Source: a virus
Taxonomy: Duplodnaviria; Caudoviricetes
Virus record (IMG/VR): IMGVR_UViG_3300024999_000025
Coordinates: 1 to 38,180 of that record
Strand: one strand, 5' to 3'
DNA length: 38,180 nucleotides
The position numbers were made by a program, and so were the translations under genes. The notes under the pieces are model-generated. The model did not search any database and was not told the origin of the DNA. It saw only the letters and a program-made list of their open reading frames with translations. Of the stretch, positions 15,428-22,892 are shown one piece after another. The stretch's first letter is position 1, and each line of letters opens with the position of its first letter.

Positions 15428-16131
15428 GGCTTGTTTATCCTTTCGAATGAGCTTACGAATACATTAGGGTTAGCGTCCCAACAGTCAGCGTTTCCGCCTA
15501 TGTATACATATCCTTTTGGTGCATAAATTGAATCCCAGAATGCCTTAAATTTTGGTATTAGGTTTTCATACTTTTCATAAGCATCGCATACGCCTTCATT
15601 GATAACGTCAGAACCTCTTATATCCTGTAACCGTTCCACTCTGACATCAGTGACTTTCAGCCATATCCTTGCCGCTTCCTTTGGCATGTAGACTGATGGT
15701 TTCCATGTAGGGCAATCTTTTCCGCTAAATCCATCAGCATCTGGAAAATGATTAAATGGCGTTGGGTTGTATCCGTCTGCTCGATAATAATAGTTTTCCG
15801 TTCCTTCAATGACTTGGTCATTAATGTCTAGTTTCGATAATTTACACCACGTTTCCCTAACATAGAGCATATCCCCAACTTGGTAAGGAGATTTAAAATA
15901 TATAGCATCAATCATTTCCTTGCCTTCGTATGTAAAAACATCACTATCTTTGTAAAATCCTGCAAACAATCCTAATTTGTTATTAAGTCCATTTACTAAT
16001 TTATAATATTTATCTCTGTCGTAAAACTTTGGAGTATTTCCATGTGATTTTATAATCATTCTTTTCATGCTTTTCCTGCCGTCAATCACAGCCTTAACTT
16101 CTTCTGTTGTTAATCGTAAACCTTTCTCCAT
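15415..16131 (-). CDS. ASCH/PUA-like phage protein
   Basis: GRKSMKRM, GD.LYVRETW, WKPS.YMPKEAARIWL...VRVERLQDI, W..NP motifs. Confidence 0.7.
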   Translation of the reverse strand: MEKGLRLTTEEVKAVIDGRKSMKRMIIKSHGNTPKFYDRDKYYKLVNGLNNKLGLFAGFYKDSDVFTYEGKEMIDAIYFKSPYQVGDMLYVRETWCKLSKLDINDQVIEGTENYYYRADGYNPTPFNHFPDADGFSGKDCPTWKPSVYMPKEAARIWLKVTDVRVERLQDIRGSDVINEGVCDAYEKYENLIPKFKAFWDSIYAPKGYVYIGGNADCWDANPNVFVSSFERINKPCGQ

Positions 16132-16172
16132 ATCCTCACCCCTCCGCTTTCTTCATGTTCTTGTAAAATCCG

Positions 16173-16703
16173 CTAATATGCCTCTGCCATTTCGCCAGCT
16201 TCTAGTTGTGCATATACTGTGCTTCTTAGCTTGTCTATATCTCGCCTAAATTCAGTAGGTAGTAGTTGTCGATTGATTAATACTTCTCTGTGTTCGTTGT
16301 ACATTCGTTCAAATTCTGGTCTTACAAAGCTTGCATTACCCATTAACAACTCTCTGCCTCCAACTGATTTTACAAGGTCGTATACGTCTGGATGGTCTTT
16401 CTTAAGTCTTTGGTAATCATCCGATGTGCTGTATAGGTTTACATATTGTCTAAATATCCCCCACGCTTCCATTCCTGACTTCTTGTGCCCTTGTACGAGC
16501 TCTAAACAATTACTTCTGATCTCCGCTATTGTTGGGTAAAACTTTGATGTTAGCATTATTTTTTGTACTGCCTTGTTTATAATGCTGTAGTCTATGTCTT
16601 TAAGTAGCTCATACCATATGGCTATTTGCTCTTTTGGCATTGTCTTAACTCTGTAATTAGTGTCTAGTATTGCTAATACTGTAAGTAATTCATTATCCTT
16701 CAA
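16173..16703 (-). CDS. Replicative helicase loader/inhibitor (SPP1 G39P-like)
   Basis: IWYELLKD.DY...AV...SKFYPTIAEIR; follows the initiator; TTG start after GGAGG. Confidence 0.8.
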   Translation of the reverse strand: MKDNELLTVLAILDTNYRVKTMPKEQIAIWYELLKDIDYSIINKAVQKIMLTSKFYPTIAEIRSNCLELVQGHKKSGMEAWGIFRQYVNLYSTSDDYQRLKKDHPDVYDLVKSVGGRELLMGNASFVRPEFERMYNEHREVLINRQLLPTEFRRDIDKLRSTVYAQLEAGEMAEAY

Positions 16704-17397
16704 TTCCTTGAGCCCTCCTTTCGGATAACCACTCCTGCATTGTGTCAATATTCTGATCTCTAACTGTCTTTTGTGGCTGATATGTTTGCTTAGGCTTGTC
16801 TGTCCCTTCCCAAGTCCTTACCGCTGCTTCCCAATCTTTCATTGGATTTTTACCGACCTTCCAGCCATTAGACGTATAATAATTAACCCATTTATCTGCA
16901 TCTACTGCATTTTTTCTTTCTAAGCAGTAATTTTTTACTTCTTCGATAGTTGGAGGTACAAATTTTTTAGTATTTTCTTTTTTATATTTTTCTTGTTTGT
17001 TTGTATTGTTTGTATTGTTTGTTTTAGTATGTGGAAGCAATACGTCAACTTCCTTGTCAACCTCTATGTCAACTTCTTTATCAACTTCCTTGTCAACCTC
17101 TATGTCCGAAATATCATATGCAAAGTAATTAATTTTATATTTTGCTGCTATGGTTAACTTACCTTGTATAAAATCTATTCTCTTCCTTTGCTTCAGTTTA
17201 TTACGAGCCTGATTAATACTTTCTCTAGATAAACCTGTAAGTGATTGAAAAGTTGAATTAGGCACAGAAAACCATTTAGTCCAATTAGACATATTATTTA
17301 TTTGATAAAGAGCAAATAAAGTAACTATTTCTGATGTGGAAAGGTTGTTTAACAAAGCCCAATTCCTAAACTCATTCAATTCTTGTATGTAGTTCAA
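16693..17397 (-). CDS. Replication initiator protein
   Basis: N-terminal wHTH (TGLSRESINQARNKL), internal repeats, C-terminal PPTIEEV..YC...NGWKVGKNPMKDW.AAVRTWE. Confidence 0.85.
   Translation of the reverse strand: MNYIQELNEFRNWALLNNLSTSEIVTLFALYQINNMSNWTKWFSVPNSTFQSLTGLSRESINQARNKLKQRKRIDFIQGKLTIAAKYKINYFAYDISDIEVDKEVDKEVDIEVDKEVDVLLPHTKTNNTNNTNKQEKYKKENTKKFVPPTIEEVKNYCLERKNAVDADKWVNYYTSNGWKVGKNPMKDWEAAVRTWEGTDKPKQTYQPQKTVRDQNIDTMQEWLSERRAQGIEG
17043..17106. repeat. Five 12-bp tandem iteron-like repeats (putative origin)
   Basis: TGTCAAC(T/C)TC(C/T)(T/A) x5 inside the initiator gene, next to an AT-rich tract with 9-bp repeats. Confidence 0.75.
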
Positions 17398-17450
17398 TCT
17401 AGTTCACCTCGCTTTTGTCTGCCATATAGTTACCTCACATCATTTGTTAT

Positions 17451-17547
17451 TGGTTGGGCGGGTAGGATTTTAACCTACATGGTACTAGGCTTTTGTTGTA
17501 CCAGACTAATGCCAAAGAGCCTGCGTATGCTTTCCGCCACCGCCCAA
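17451..17547 (-). ncRNA. Class II (Leu/Ser-like) tRNA-like element with aberrant anticodon loop
   Basis: TGGGCGG/CCGCCCA-A-CCA; D-arm GCG/CGC; AGGCT/AGTCT stem with 10-nt loop; variable arm GGTAC/GTACC; T-arm GTAGG-TTAAAAT-CCTAC. Confidence 0.7.
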
Positions 17548-17551
17548 AATG

Positions 17552-17737
17552 TTATTTGCCTAGTGCTTCTTTAACTTTAGTTCTTACTAAGTCTGTTTCT
17601 ATGCTGTCTAATATTTCCCACGCCATTTCCAAAGCCTCTTTATATTTGTCACGTTCAGCCTGTAGTTGTTTGATTAAATTAAGCAAATCGACAATATCAT
17701 CATCGTCACAAATTTTGTCCGGTATTGAAAAACTCAT
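17552..17737 (-). CDS. Hypothetical coiled-coil protein
   Basis: GGGAGG RBS; LQAERDKYKEALE. Confidence 0.7.
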   Translation of the reverse strand: MSFSIPDKICDDDDIVDLLNLIKQLQAERDKYKEALEMAWEILDSIETDLVRTKVKEALGK

Positions 17738-17821
17738 TTTATTTACCTCCCATGCATATTTGTTATTTGTTTGGATATACTAATACTGGTAATCTATGCT
17801 CATTTTTATGCTGTAAAAAAA

Positions 17822-17983
17822 TTACTTGTGCGTATCAAATCCGCATCTTTTGCAATATCCTGCTTGCTCCATGTCATAAGGATAATAACCGCCTTTAGGC
17901 ATATGACTGTATATCTCAAAATCATGTCCTTTATGCCTACAAACAAAGTTGTTTATAAACCAGTTAATTAATTTCTTTAACAT
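17822..17983 (-). CDS. Small Zn-finger-like prophage protein, 53 aa (not in ORF track)
   Basis: MLKKLINWF...CRHKGHD...CKRCG; GGGGGA RBS. Confidence 0.65.
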   Translation of the reverse strand: MLKKLINWFINNFVCRHKGHDFEIYSHMPKGGYYPYDMEQAGYCKRCGFDTHK

Positions 17984-18092
17984 ATCTATTCCCCCTACTC
18001 TTGATACTTATCTCTTAATGCTTTCACCCAAGGTACATGCTACTGTTACACCACCGCCTGATATGTTTATTTAATCTCTATATTTGTTCATT

Positions 18093-18269
18093 TTATTTTT
18101 CTCCGTCAAATATTCTTACTTTTTCTTCAATGCTTTTTACTACTTCTTTATGCTCACTTTTTATTTCAACCCTTATGGATTTATTATTTTTAATTAAAAA
18201 ATAAAATCTTAATAAAAATTCAATTTCTTCATGACTTAATTTTATTGGTCTTAACTCAATTTCTGGCAC
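18093..18269 (-). CDS. Hypothetical protein
   Basis: GTG after GGAGG; the start in the ORF track is probably too far upstream. Confidence 0.5.
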   Translation of the reverse strand: MPEIELRPIKLSHEEIEFLLRFYFLIKNNKSIRVEIKSEHKEVVKSIEEKVRIFDGEK

Positions 18270-18345
18270 TTGTTTATCTTCCTCCAAGCTTGACATATTG
18301 CATGCTTCATATGGCTTATTTGGGTATATGTAATATCCATCATCA

Positions 18346-18525
18346 TTACCCCCATGCACATTGGTCATATGCTTTACGCTGTGGCTTCTGTTTTGCCACC
18401 CATTCCTCACGAAACTTGTATTTGATATTTATTATGCTTGCTATACCTAAACACAAAATTATGCCTATAAATAGCCCTGCTGTGGATAGTGCTAGTATGA
18501 TTAGATATCTTATACACTCATCCAT
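18346..18525 (-). CDS. Small membrane protein, 59 aa (not in ORF track)
   Basis: GGAGG RBS; MDECIRYLIILALSTAGLFIGIILCLGIASII... Confidence 0.65.
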   Translation of the reverse strand: MDECIRYLIILALSTAGLFIGIILCLGIASIINIKYKFREEWVAKQKPQRKAYDQCAWG

Positions 18526-18742
18526 TTGTGTTGTCCTCCAACTCTTGCTTACCTAGCTTTATTAACATTTCGCCTAGATCGATTGCAGATTGAGGACTAA
18601 ACGAAGCGTATCCATCGTCAATTTCTAAAACTATATCTCTAACGTTATCAAAGAAAATTTGGCAATCAGCTCCACCAGCAGATATAAATTTCACTTTTTT
18701 AATTGGATTTAATCTTGCCCTATATGTAATATCAAATTTCAT
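18518..18742 (-). CDS. Hypothetical protein
   Basis: GGAGG RBS; ATGA overlap. Confidence 0.7.
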   Translation of the reverse strand: MKFDITYRARLNPIKKVKFISAGGADCQIFFDNVRDIVLEIDDGYASFSPQSAIDLGEMLIKLGKQELEDNTNG

Positions 18743-18975
18743 CCCTTTACCCTCCACTCGTCTGCTATATCATCCATCATTGTTAATATTCTTTCTGACA
18801 ACGGTGTAATCTCATAAGTTGATTTACCGTTTGTATCTGTATACTTGATTTGGTACGATCTGCCATATATCTTGCTTGCTTCGGCGTCTATATCTGCTAC
18901 TAATGTTTTACCTTTGTCTAAAGCTTGTATTATTTCGCTCTTTGTAAGTGGTTTAGATGTTATCCACATATCCAT
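18739..18975 (-). CDS. Hypothetical protein
   Basis: AAGGGG RBS before MDMWITSK. Confidence 0.65.
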   Translation of the reverse strand: MDMWITSKPLTKSEIIQALDKGKTLVADIDAEASKIYGRSYQIKYTDTNGKSTYEITPLSERILTMMDDIADEWRVKG

Positions 18976-19046
18976 TCCCCTTCTCTCGATTGATACGTGA
19001 GTTCTGATTCCCACGCTCAATCCCTTATTTGTATTTTGTAGGAGGC

Positions 19047-19202
19047 TTAAAAAGTTAATTGGTCTGCACTCTCGTTACACTTTTCTTCCCATGCTTTTAC
19101 GTAGTCTGGCGTTTTATTGTCTGTTAATAGTTGTAATTCTAGGTCCATGTCTTGGCGGTCTTGCTCTCTTATGCCTAAGATATAATTAGCTTGTTGTTCC
19201 AT
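19047..19202 (-). CDS. 51-aa protein ending in QLTF (not in ORF track)
   Basis: TAATG coupling to the upstream gene; GAGGTG RBS. Confidence 0.6.
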   Translation of the reverse strand: MEQQANYILGIREQDRQDMDLELQLLTDNKTPDYVKAWEEKCNESADQLTF

Positions 19203-19999
19203 TACGCCACCTCGTTTTTCATTGCCTTGGTAAACTCATCTTCTTCTGGTTCGATTACTTCTGCTTCAACTATTTCCCCTGTTGATTTATCTACGTTCTT
19301 TTTATTTTTTACTGCATCTATTAGTATTTGTATTGCTTTTACTATTACAGGGTCTTGCTTGTCGCATTTATTCATGTACCATTCAATCCATCCCATATCA
19401 GTTTTATATAGTTCTCCTAGTGTCTTGCCTTTGTTTTTGCCGAATGTTATTTTAAAATTACTTGCATCTTCAAGGCTCATGTTTTCTATCTTTTCGCTTT
19501 GGTCAACCTTGCCCATGTCTTCGATGTCCTGAGTAAATATTTCCGAAAGGCTTGCAACTGTTAGGCTTGCATCTACTTGACTCCTTTTCTTTGCCATCTT
19601 CAAACAAGTATTTGCAATTGTGTATACATCAACTTTCTCGGAAGCGTATTTCTTTTCCATACTGTTGCAATGTCCTAAACCTTCAGTTATTGTCTGACCA
19701 TTTTTGGATAGTTTGCACTTTACTGTAAAGGCGAAGAAGCCTTTTTCGTAATCCTGTATTTTTTCGATGATGTCATATTCCGATGTCAATCCAAGAAGCA
19801 TTAATATTTTCTCTGCTCCGGGCTTTAATAGTGTTGGTTTATTGCCACACCCGGGAACCTTGCCGTAATCGTGACCATCTTTTAATGTGCTTTGTACTAT
19901 TGTTTGAAACTGTAGTATTTTTGATATAGTCGATTGAACCTGATTTAAATTGACATTCTCTATAATTGATAAACTGTTAGTTGTTTGTAATTCTTCCAT
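19202..19999 (-). CDS. Putative single-strand annealing/recombination protein with C-terminal FGK(N)KGK domain
   Basis: DYG.VPG...KPTLLKPGAEK, NT.LKMAKKR..VDA, FTQDIED; early-operon position. Confidence 0.65.
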   Translation of the reverse strand: MEELQTTNSLSIIENVNLNQVQSTISKILQFQTIVQSTLKDGHDYGKVPGCGNKPTLLKPGAEKILMLLGLTSEYDIIEKIQDYEKGFFAFTVKCKLSKNGQTITEGLGHCNSMEKKYASEKVDVYTIANTCLKMAKKRSQVDASLTVASLSEIFTQDIEDMGKVDQSEKIENMSLEDASNFKITFGKNKGKTLGELYKTDMGWIEWYMNKCDKQDPVIVKAIQILIDAVKNKKNVDKSTGEIVEAEVIEPEEDEFTKAMKNEVA

Positions 20000-20059
20000 T
20001 TGCATTCCCTCCATTAATGTGCTAATATGCACATATCAATATTTTTCTTTGTGCCTCTG

Positions 20060-20233
20060 TCAGGAGGCTTTTTCCTTTTCTATCTGCTCAAGTAACTCCT
20101 GTTCAATTTTGTATAACTTATAAATGTATGTGCCTTGCGTTAGTCTTGTACATGCTCCTGTGAGGTCTTCTAGTAGCTTCTTTTGTTTTACTATCAACAT
20201 TCTATATTCTTCCAACTGCTGGTGTAGCGTCAT
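20060..20233 (-). CDS. Hypothetical protein, 57 aa (not in ORF track)
   Basis: AAGGAGG RBS; ATGA overlap. Confidence 0.65.
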   Translation of the reverse strand: MTLHQQLEEYRMLIVKQKKLLEDLTGACTRLTQGTYIYKLYKIEQELLEQIEKEKAS

Positions 20234-20370
20234 GTCTTAGCCTCCTTTTCAGCTTCTTCCTTCGCTATAATCCTTAGTGCTACTTGATAAGCTATCTTTG
20301 CATATTCAGGTATTCGTGACGTGTCATTGTGGTTGATTATTATTAATGTTCGTTCTTGCTTTTTTGCCAT
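20230..20370 (-). CDS. Hypothetical protein, 46 aa, first gene after cro (not in ORF track)
   Basis: AAGGAAGTG RBS; MAKKQERTLIIINHND... Confidence 0.6.
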   Translation of the reverse strand: MAKKQERTLIIINHNDTSRIPEYAKIAYQVALRIIAKEEAEKEAKT

Positions 20371-20397
20371 CCGTATCACTTCCTTTCCATTTTTTAG

Positions 20398-20426
20398 TTG
20401 ACCGTTGTCATAAAAGCTGATATAAT
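20398..20426 (+). promoter_or_regulatory. Near-consensus promoter antisense to cro
   Basis: TTGACC-17-TATAAT with extended -10 (TG-A-TATAAT). Confidence 0.7.
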
Positions 20427-20501
20427 GTGTAGGTTATTGCTGCTTGATAAATGAATACGTTTGTATGTAGCCCCTACTTTGTGTAGGGGATGATGCTTAA
20501 T

Positions 20502-20714
20502 TTAGGATACGTTTTCAATTTGTGGACTTCGTTGCCAAAAAAAATCAGTTATTTTAACTCCAAGTATTTTTGCTATAGAACAAGCTCTCTCGTAAGATAA
20601 AGTACGTTTGCCATTTTCGATATTACAATAGTGAGGCTTTGATATTCCAATTTTATTTGCTATAAAGTCCTGAGAAAGTTTTTTTTCTTCTCTTAACTGC
20701 TTTAATGATTTCAT
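20502..20714 (-). CDS. cro: Cro-like XRE HTH regulator
   Basis: LKQLREEKKLSQ..IA..IGIS..HY.NIENGKR; AGGAGG RBS; divergent from cI. Confidence 0.85.
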   Translation of the reverse strand: MKSLKQLREEKKLSQDFIANKIGISKPHYCNIENGKRTLSYERACSIAKILGVKITDFFWQRSPQIENVS

Positions 20715-20730
20715 ATTAGCACCTCCTTTT

Positions 20731-20869
20731 GTTTTCATTTCGGCAACCTTACAACGACATTATATGTTATCATTTTGAAAACGTCAAGATTTTTTATTAG
20801 GACTACAGTCCTATTTTTATAAATCATTATTTCAAATTGACAACATTGTAGAAGTTTGCAAATAGAAAC
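20731..20869. promoter_or_regulatory. Lysis/lysogeny switch: lytic promoter and 17-bp operators
   Basis: Minus-strand TTGACG-17-TATAAT (20759-20787); related quasi-palindromes GTTTTCATTTCGGCAAC at 20731, GTTATCATTTTGAAAAC at 20766, TATTTCAAATTGACAAC at 20828, weaker site at 20853. Confidence 0.7.
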
Positions 20870-20886
20870 TATATTATGGTTATGAG

Positions 20887-21261
20887 GTGAAAAAGTTGAC
20901 ATTTGGAGAACGATTAAAGATTTTACGAACCGAAAAAGGAATATCTCAAACGGAACTAGGAAAGAACTTTAATTTAGGCAAAACTGCTATATCTTTATAT
21001 GAAACAAATAAAAGAGACCCCGATAAAGAAACTCTTTGGAAATTAGCAGATTTATTCGATGTTTCCGTTGATTATATTCTCGGGCGTAGTGATATTCGCA
21101 AGCGAGACGAAGAAATGAAAATAATAAAAGATGAAGAAATACCAGAAGACCTGCGTAAATTGGAGGTAGAAGAAATAGCGATGTCAAAGAAAATAAAAGG
21201 ACTTCCTAAAGAGCAAAAAGATGCAATACTTAGGTTAATAGAGAGTTTAGAGAAGGAGTAA
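20887..21261 (+). CDS. cI: CI-like XRE repressor (no S24 peptidase domain)
   Basis: FGERLKILR...ISLYE...P...LADLFDVSVDYILGRS. Confidence 0.88.
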   Translation: MKKLTFGERLKILRTEKGISQTELGKNFNLGKTAISLYETNKRDPDKETLWKLADLFDVSVDYILGRSDIRKRDEEMKIIKDEEIPEDLRKLEVEEIAMSKKIKGLPKEQKDAILRLIESLEKE

Positions 21262-21299
21262 AGCATATTTAATCGGGAAATAAATATAAGAGGTGTAGT

Positions 21300-21761
21300 A
21301 TGGATGATAAAGATTGGATTTTTTACAAATGGCCTAATTGGTTAAGATGGATAAGTGCATTACCATTAAGTATAATAGCTTCTGTTGTTTTCACGCTTTT
21401 AGCAAGCCTTTTAATTAACTATTATGGATATAACGCTGACAGCGGAATGGCAAAAACATTAATACAATATGCTAGTATTGCTGGATTTTTATACATAATT
21501 TTTACTTGTGTCCCTAGTTTTAAAGAAATTATAACAGGAATATTTAGCATATTAATATCTATTTTAGCTGCAGTAGAACTTGTATTTTATTTTAGAGAAG
21601 GCATTTGGTTTAATTGGGATTGCTTTATAATATTTTTGGTTTTCATAGGCTGTATGTATTTTGGGATTATGTTGTTTATAGATCATGGTAGAATTAAAAC
21701 TATTGAGGAATCAAATCAGCGATTAATTGAAAAATCAGAAAATGAAGATATAGGATTATGA
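21300..21761 (+). CDS. Four-TM membrane protein (lysogen-expressed moron)
   Basis: Four hydrophobic segments; same strand and directly downstream of cI. Confidence 0.8.
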   Translation: MDDKDWIFYKWPNWLRWISALPLSIIASVVFTLLASLLINYYGYNADSGMAKTLIQYASIAGFLYIIFTCVPSFKEIITGIFSILISILAAVELVFYFREGIWFNWDCFIIFLVFIGCMYFGIMLFIDHGRIKTIEESNQRLIEKSENEDIGL

Positions 21762-22000
21762 AAAAGCTATTTATGATCCTATGCCTATCCTTTATGCTAG
21801 TAGGTTGTAGCACAATCCCAACCAACCATATTGTTGACACCAACCAAAAGGTTTATGTCGGTAGCTCTCATTCAAACAAATATCATAAGCCAGAATGTGT
21901 ATGGGCTGAAAGAATAAGCCCTGAGAATGAAGTATGGTTTAGTAGTAAAGAAGATGCAGAGACAAAGGGATATGTGCCTTGTAAAGTGTGCAAACCGTAA
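21758..22000 (+). CDS. Lipoprotein with Ada-like metal-binding domain
   Basis: Lipobox LVGC; YVGS..SNKYH.PEC...F.S.EDA...GY.PCKVC.P. Confidence 0.85.
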   Translation: MKKLFMILCLSFMLVGCSTIPTNHIVDTNQKVYVGSSHSNKYHKPECVWAERISPENEVWFSSKEDAETKGYVPCKVCKP

Positions 22001-22040
22001 ACATATTTATCGGGAAATAATGTGTGAGGTGTGGGGGATA

Positions 22041-22274
22041 ATGGTCTGGAATAAAATTTTAGATAATATATGTATAACATTATTTTTCATAACAATTTTT
22101 GTTGGTTTTATTAATTTAACAATGTTTTTAGCCAAAATATATGATGTAATATTCAATTATGAACTACACGGAATTTATTATGTTATTATGCAAATTCTTG
22201 GATTGTTTGCCCTTATTAGAGTTGGCAATATTTTAGAAAGAAAAGCTATGGGTGTTGATGGTGAAAATAATTAA
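22041..22274 (+). CDS. Two-TM membrane protein
   Basis: ATG 22041 after GGGGGA; two hydrophobic helices. Confidence 0.7.
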   Translation: MVWNKILDNICITLFFITIFVGFINLTMFLAKIYDVIFNYELHGIYYVIMQILGLFALIRVGNILERKAMGVDGENN

Positions 22275-22329
22275 AGCACTAATATACATAATATATGAAC
22301 TCCCTAAACGATGGAGAATGATTATATAT

Positions 22330-22351
22330 AAGAGGAGATAAACTCCTCTTA
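22330..22351. terminator. Hairpin terminator between convergent genes
   Basis: AAGAGGAG-ATAAA-CTCCTCTT. Confidence 0.7.
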
Positions 22352-22459
22352 TTATGTGACTTCGTAATCAAGATTTATATATTTAACTCCTTTAATTATT
22401 ACGTAAAATATGTATTTATCCCCCATATGAACATAGACAACTTTCATAATGACCCCCCC

Positions 22460-22657
22460 CTATGGACTAAATTTGTATAGTTCTGAAATAGGACAATTTA
22501 ATGCCCTTGCAATGTAATGGATTTTATCCAAGCTTGGTGTTCTTTTGCCAGCTTCAATCAACGAAATGTGCGACTTACTTATACCAGATAATACTGATAG
22601 CTCCGCTGGTGATAAATTTTTTTCTATCCTTTTTTCTTTGATGAAAAATGTTATCAT
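22460..22657 (-). CDS. XRE-family HTH protein divergent from the integrase
   Basis: IKEKRIEKNLS..ELS.LSGISKSHIS.IE.GKR.PSL. Confidence 0.85.
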   Translation of the reverse strand: MITFFIKEKRIEKNLSPAELSVLSGISKSHISLIEAGKRTPSLDKIHYIARALNCPISELYKFSP

Positions 22658-22892
22658 AAAGTCACCTTTTGAATTAAGACATTACTTTTAGTATATCCGC
22701 ATTCAAAGGTCAAACCCAGTAAACATATGGTATTGTTGTAAGTTGTTATAATATATTATGTGATTTATTATATAGATGGATTGTTGACAATAGTCAACTC
22801 GTAGTAAGTCGTATGATTTTTGATGTAAACAACTTTGAATTTGCAATTTACATCGTTTTTTCGACAGTTTGCAACAATAGGAGGACTAGGAA

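Larger units (their letters stand above)
21259..22032 (+). repeat. Direct-repeat pair at gene junctions (21259-21296 and 21998-22032)
   Basis: TAAA(G)CATATTTA(A)TCGGGAAATAA...GAGGTGT in both copies. Confidence 0.8.

Noticed and set aside
6210-17547. Calling the tRNA-like elements functional decoding tRNAs or tmRNA
   Set aside because: All lack a canonical 7-nt U33 anticodon loop or other invariant bases; no tag reading frame or alanine G3-U70 identity was seen for tmRNA
357-19532. Numerous plus-strand ORFs in the ORF track (also at 25411-38086, and minus-strand ORFs inside int and cI)
   Set aside because: Antisense shadows of well-supported genes, without RBS or recognisable motifs
21758-22000. 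Ada DNA-repair or regulatory protein
   Set aside because: Only the small metal-binding motif is present, fused to a lipoprotein signal, so it is extracytoplasmic
22783-22798. GTTGAC-AATA-GTCAAC palindrome as the integrase promoter
   Set aside because: The TTGACA has no -10 at 16-18 bp spacing; it may be an operator, but a single site is not enough support
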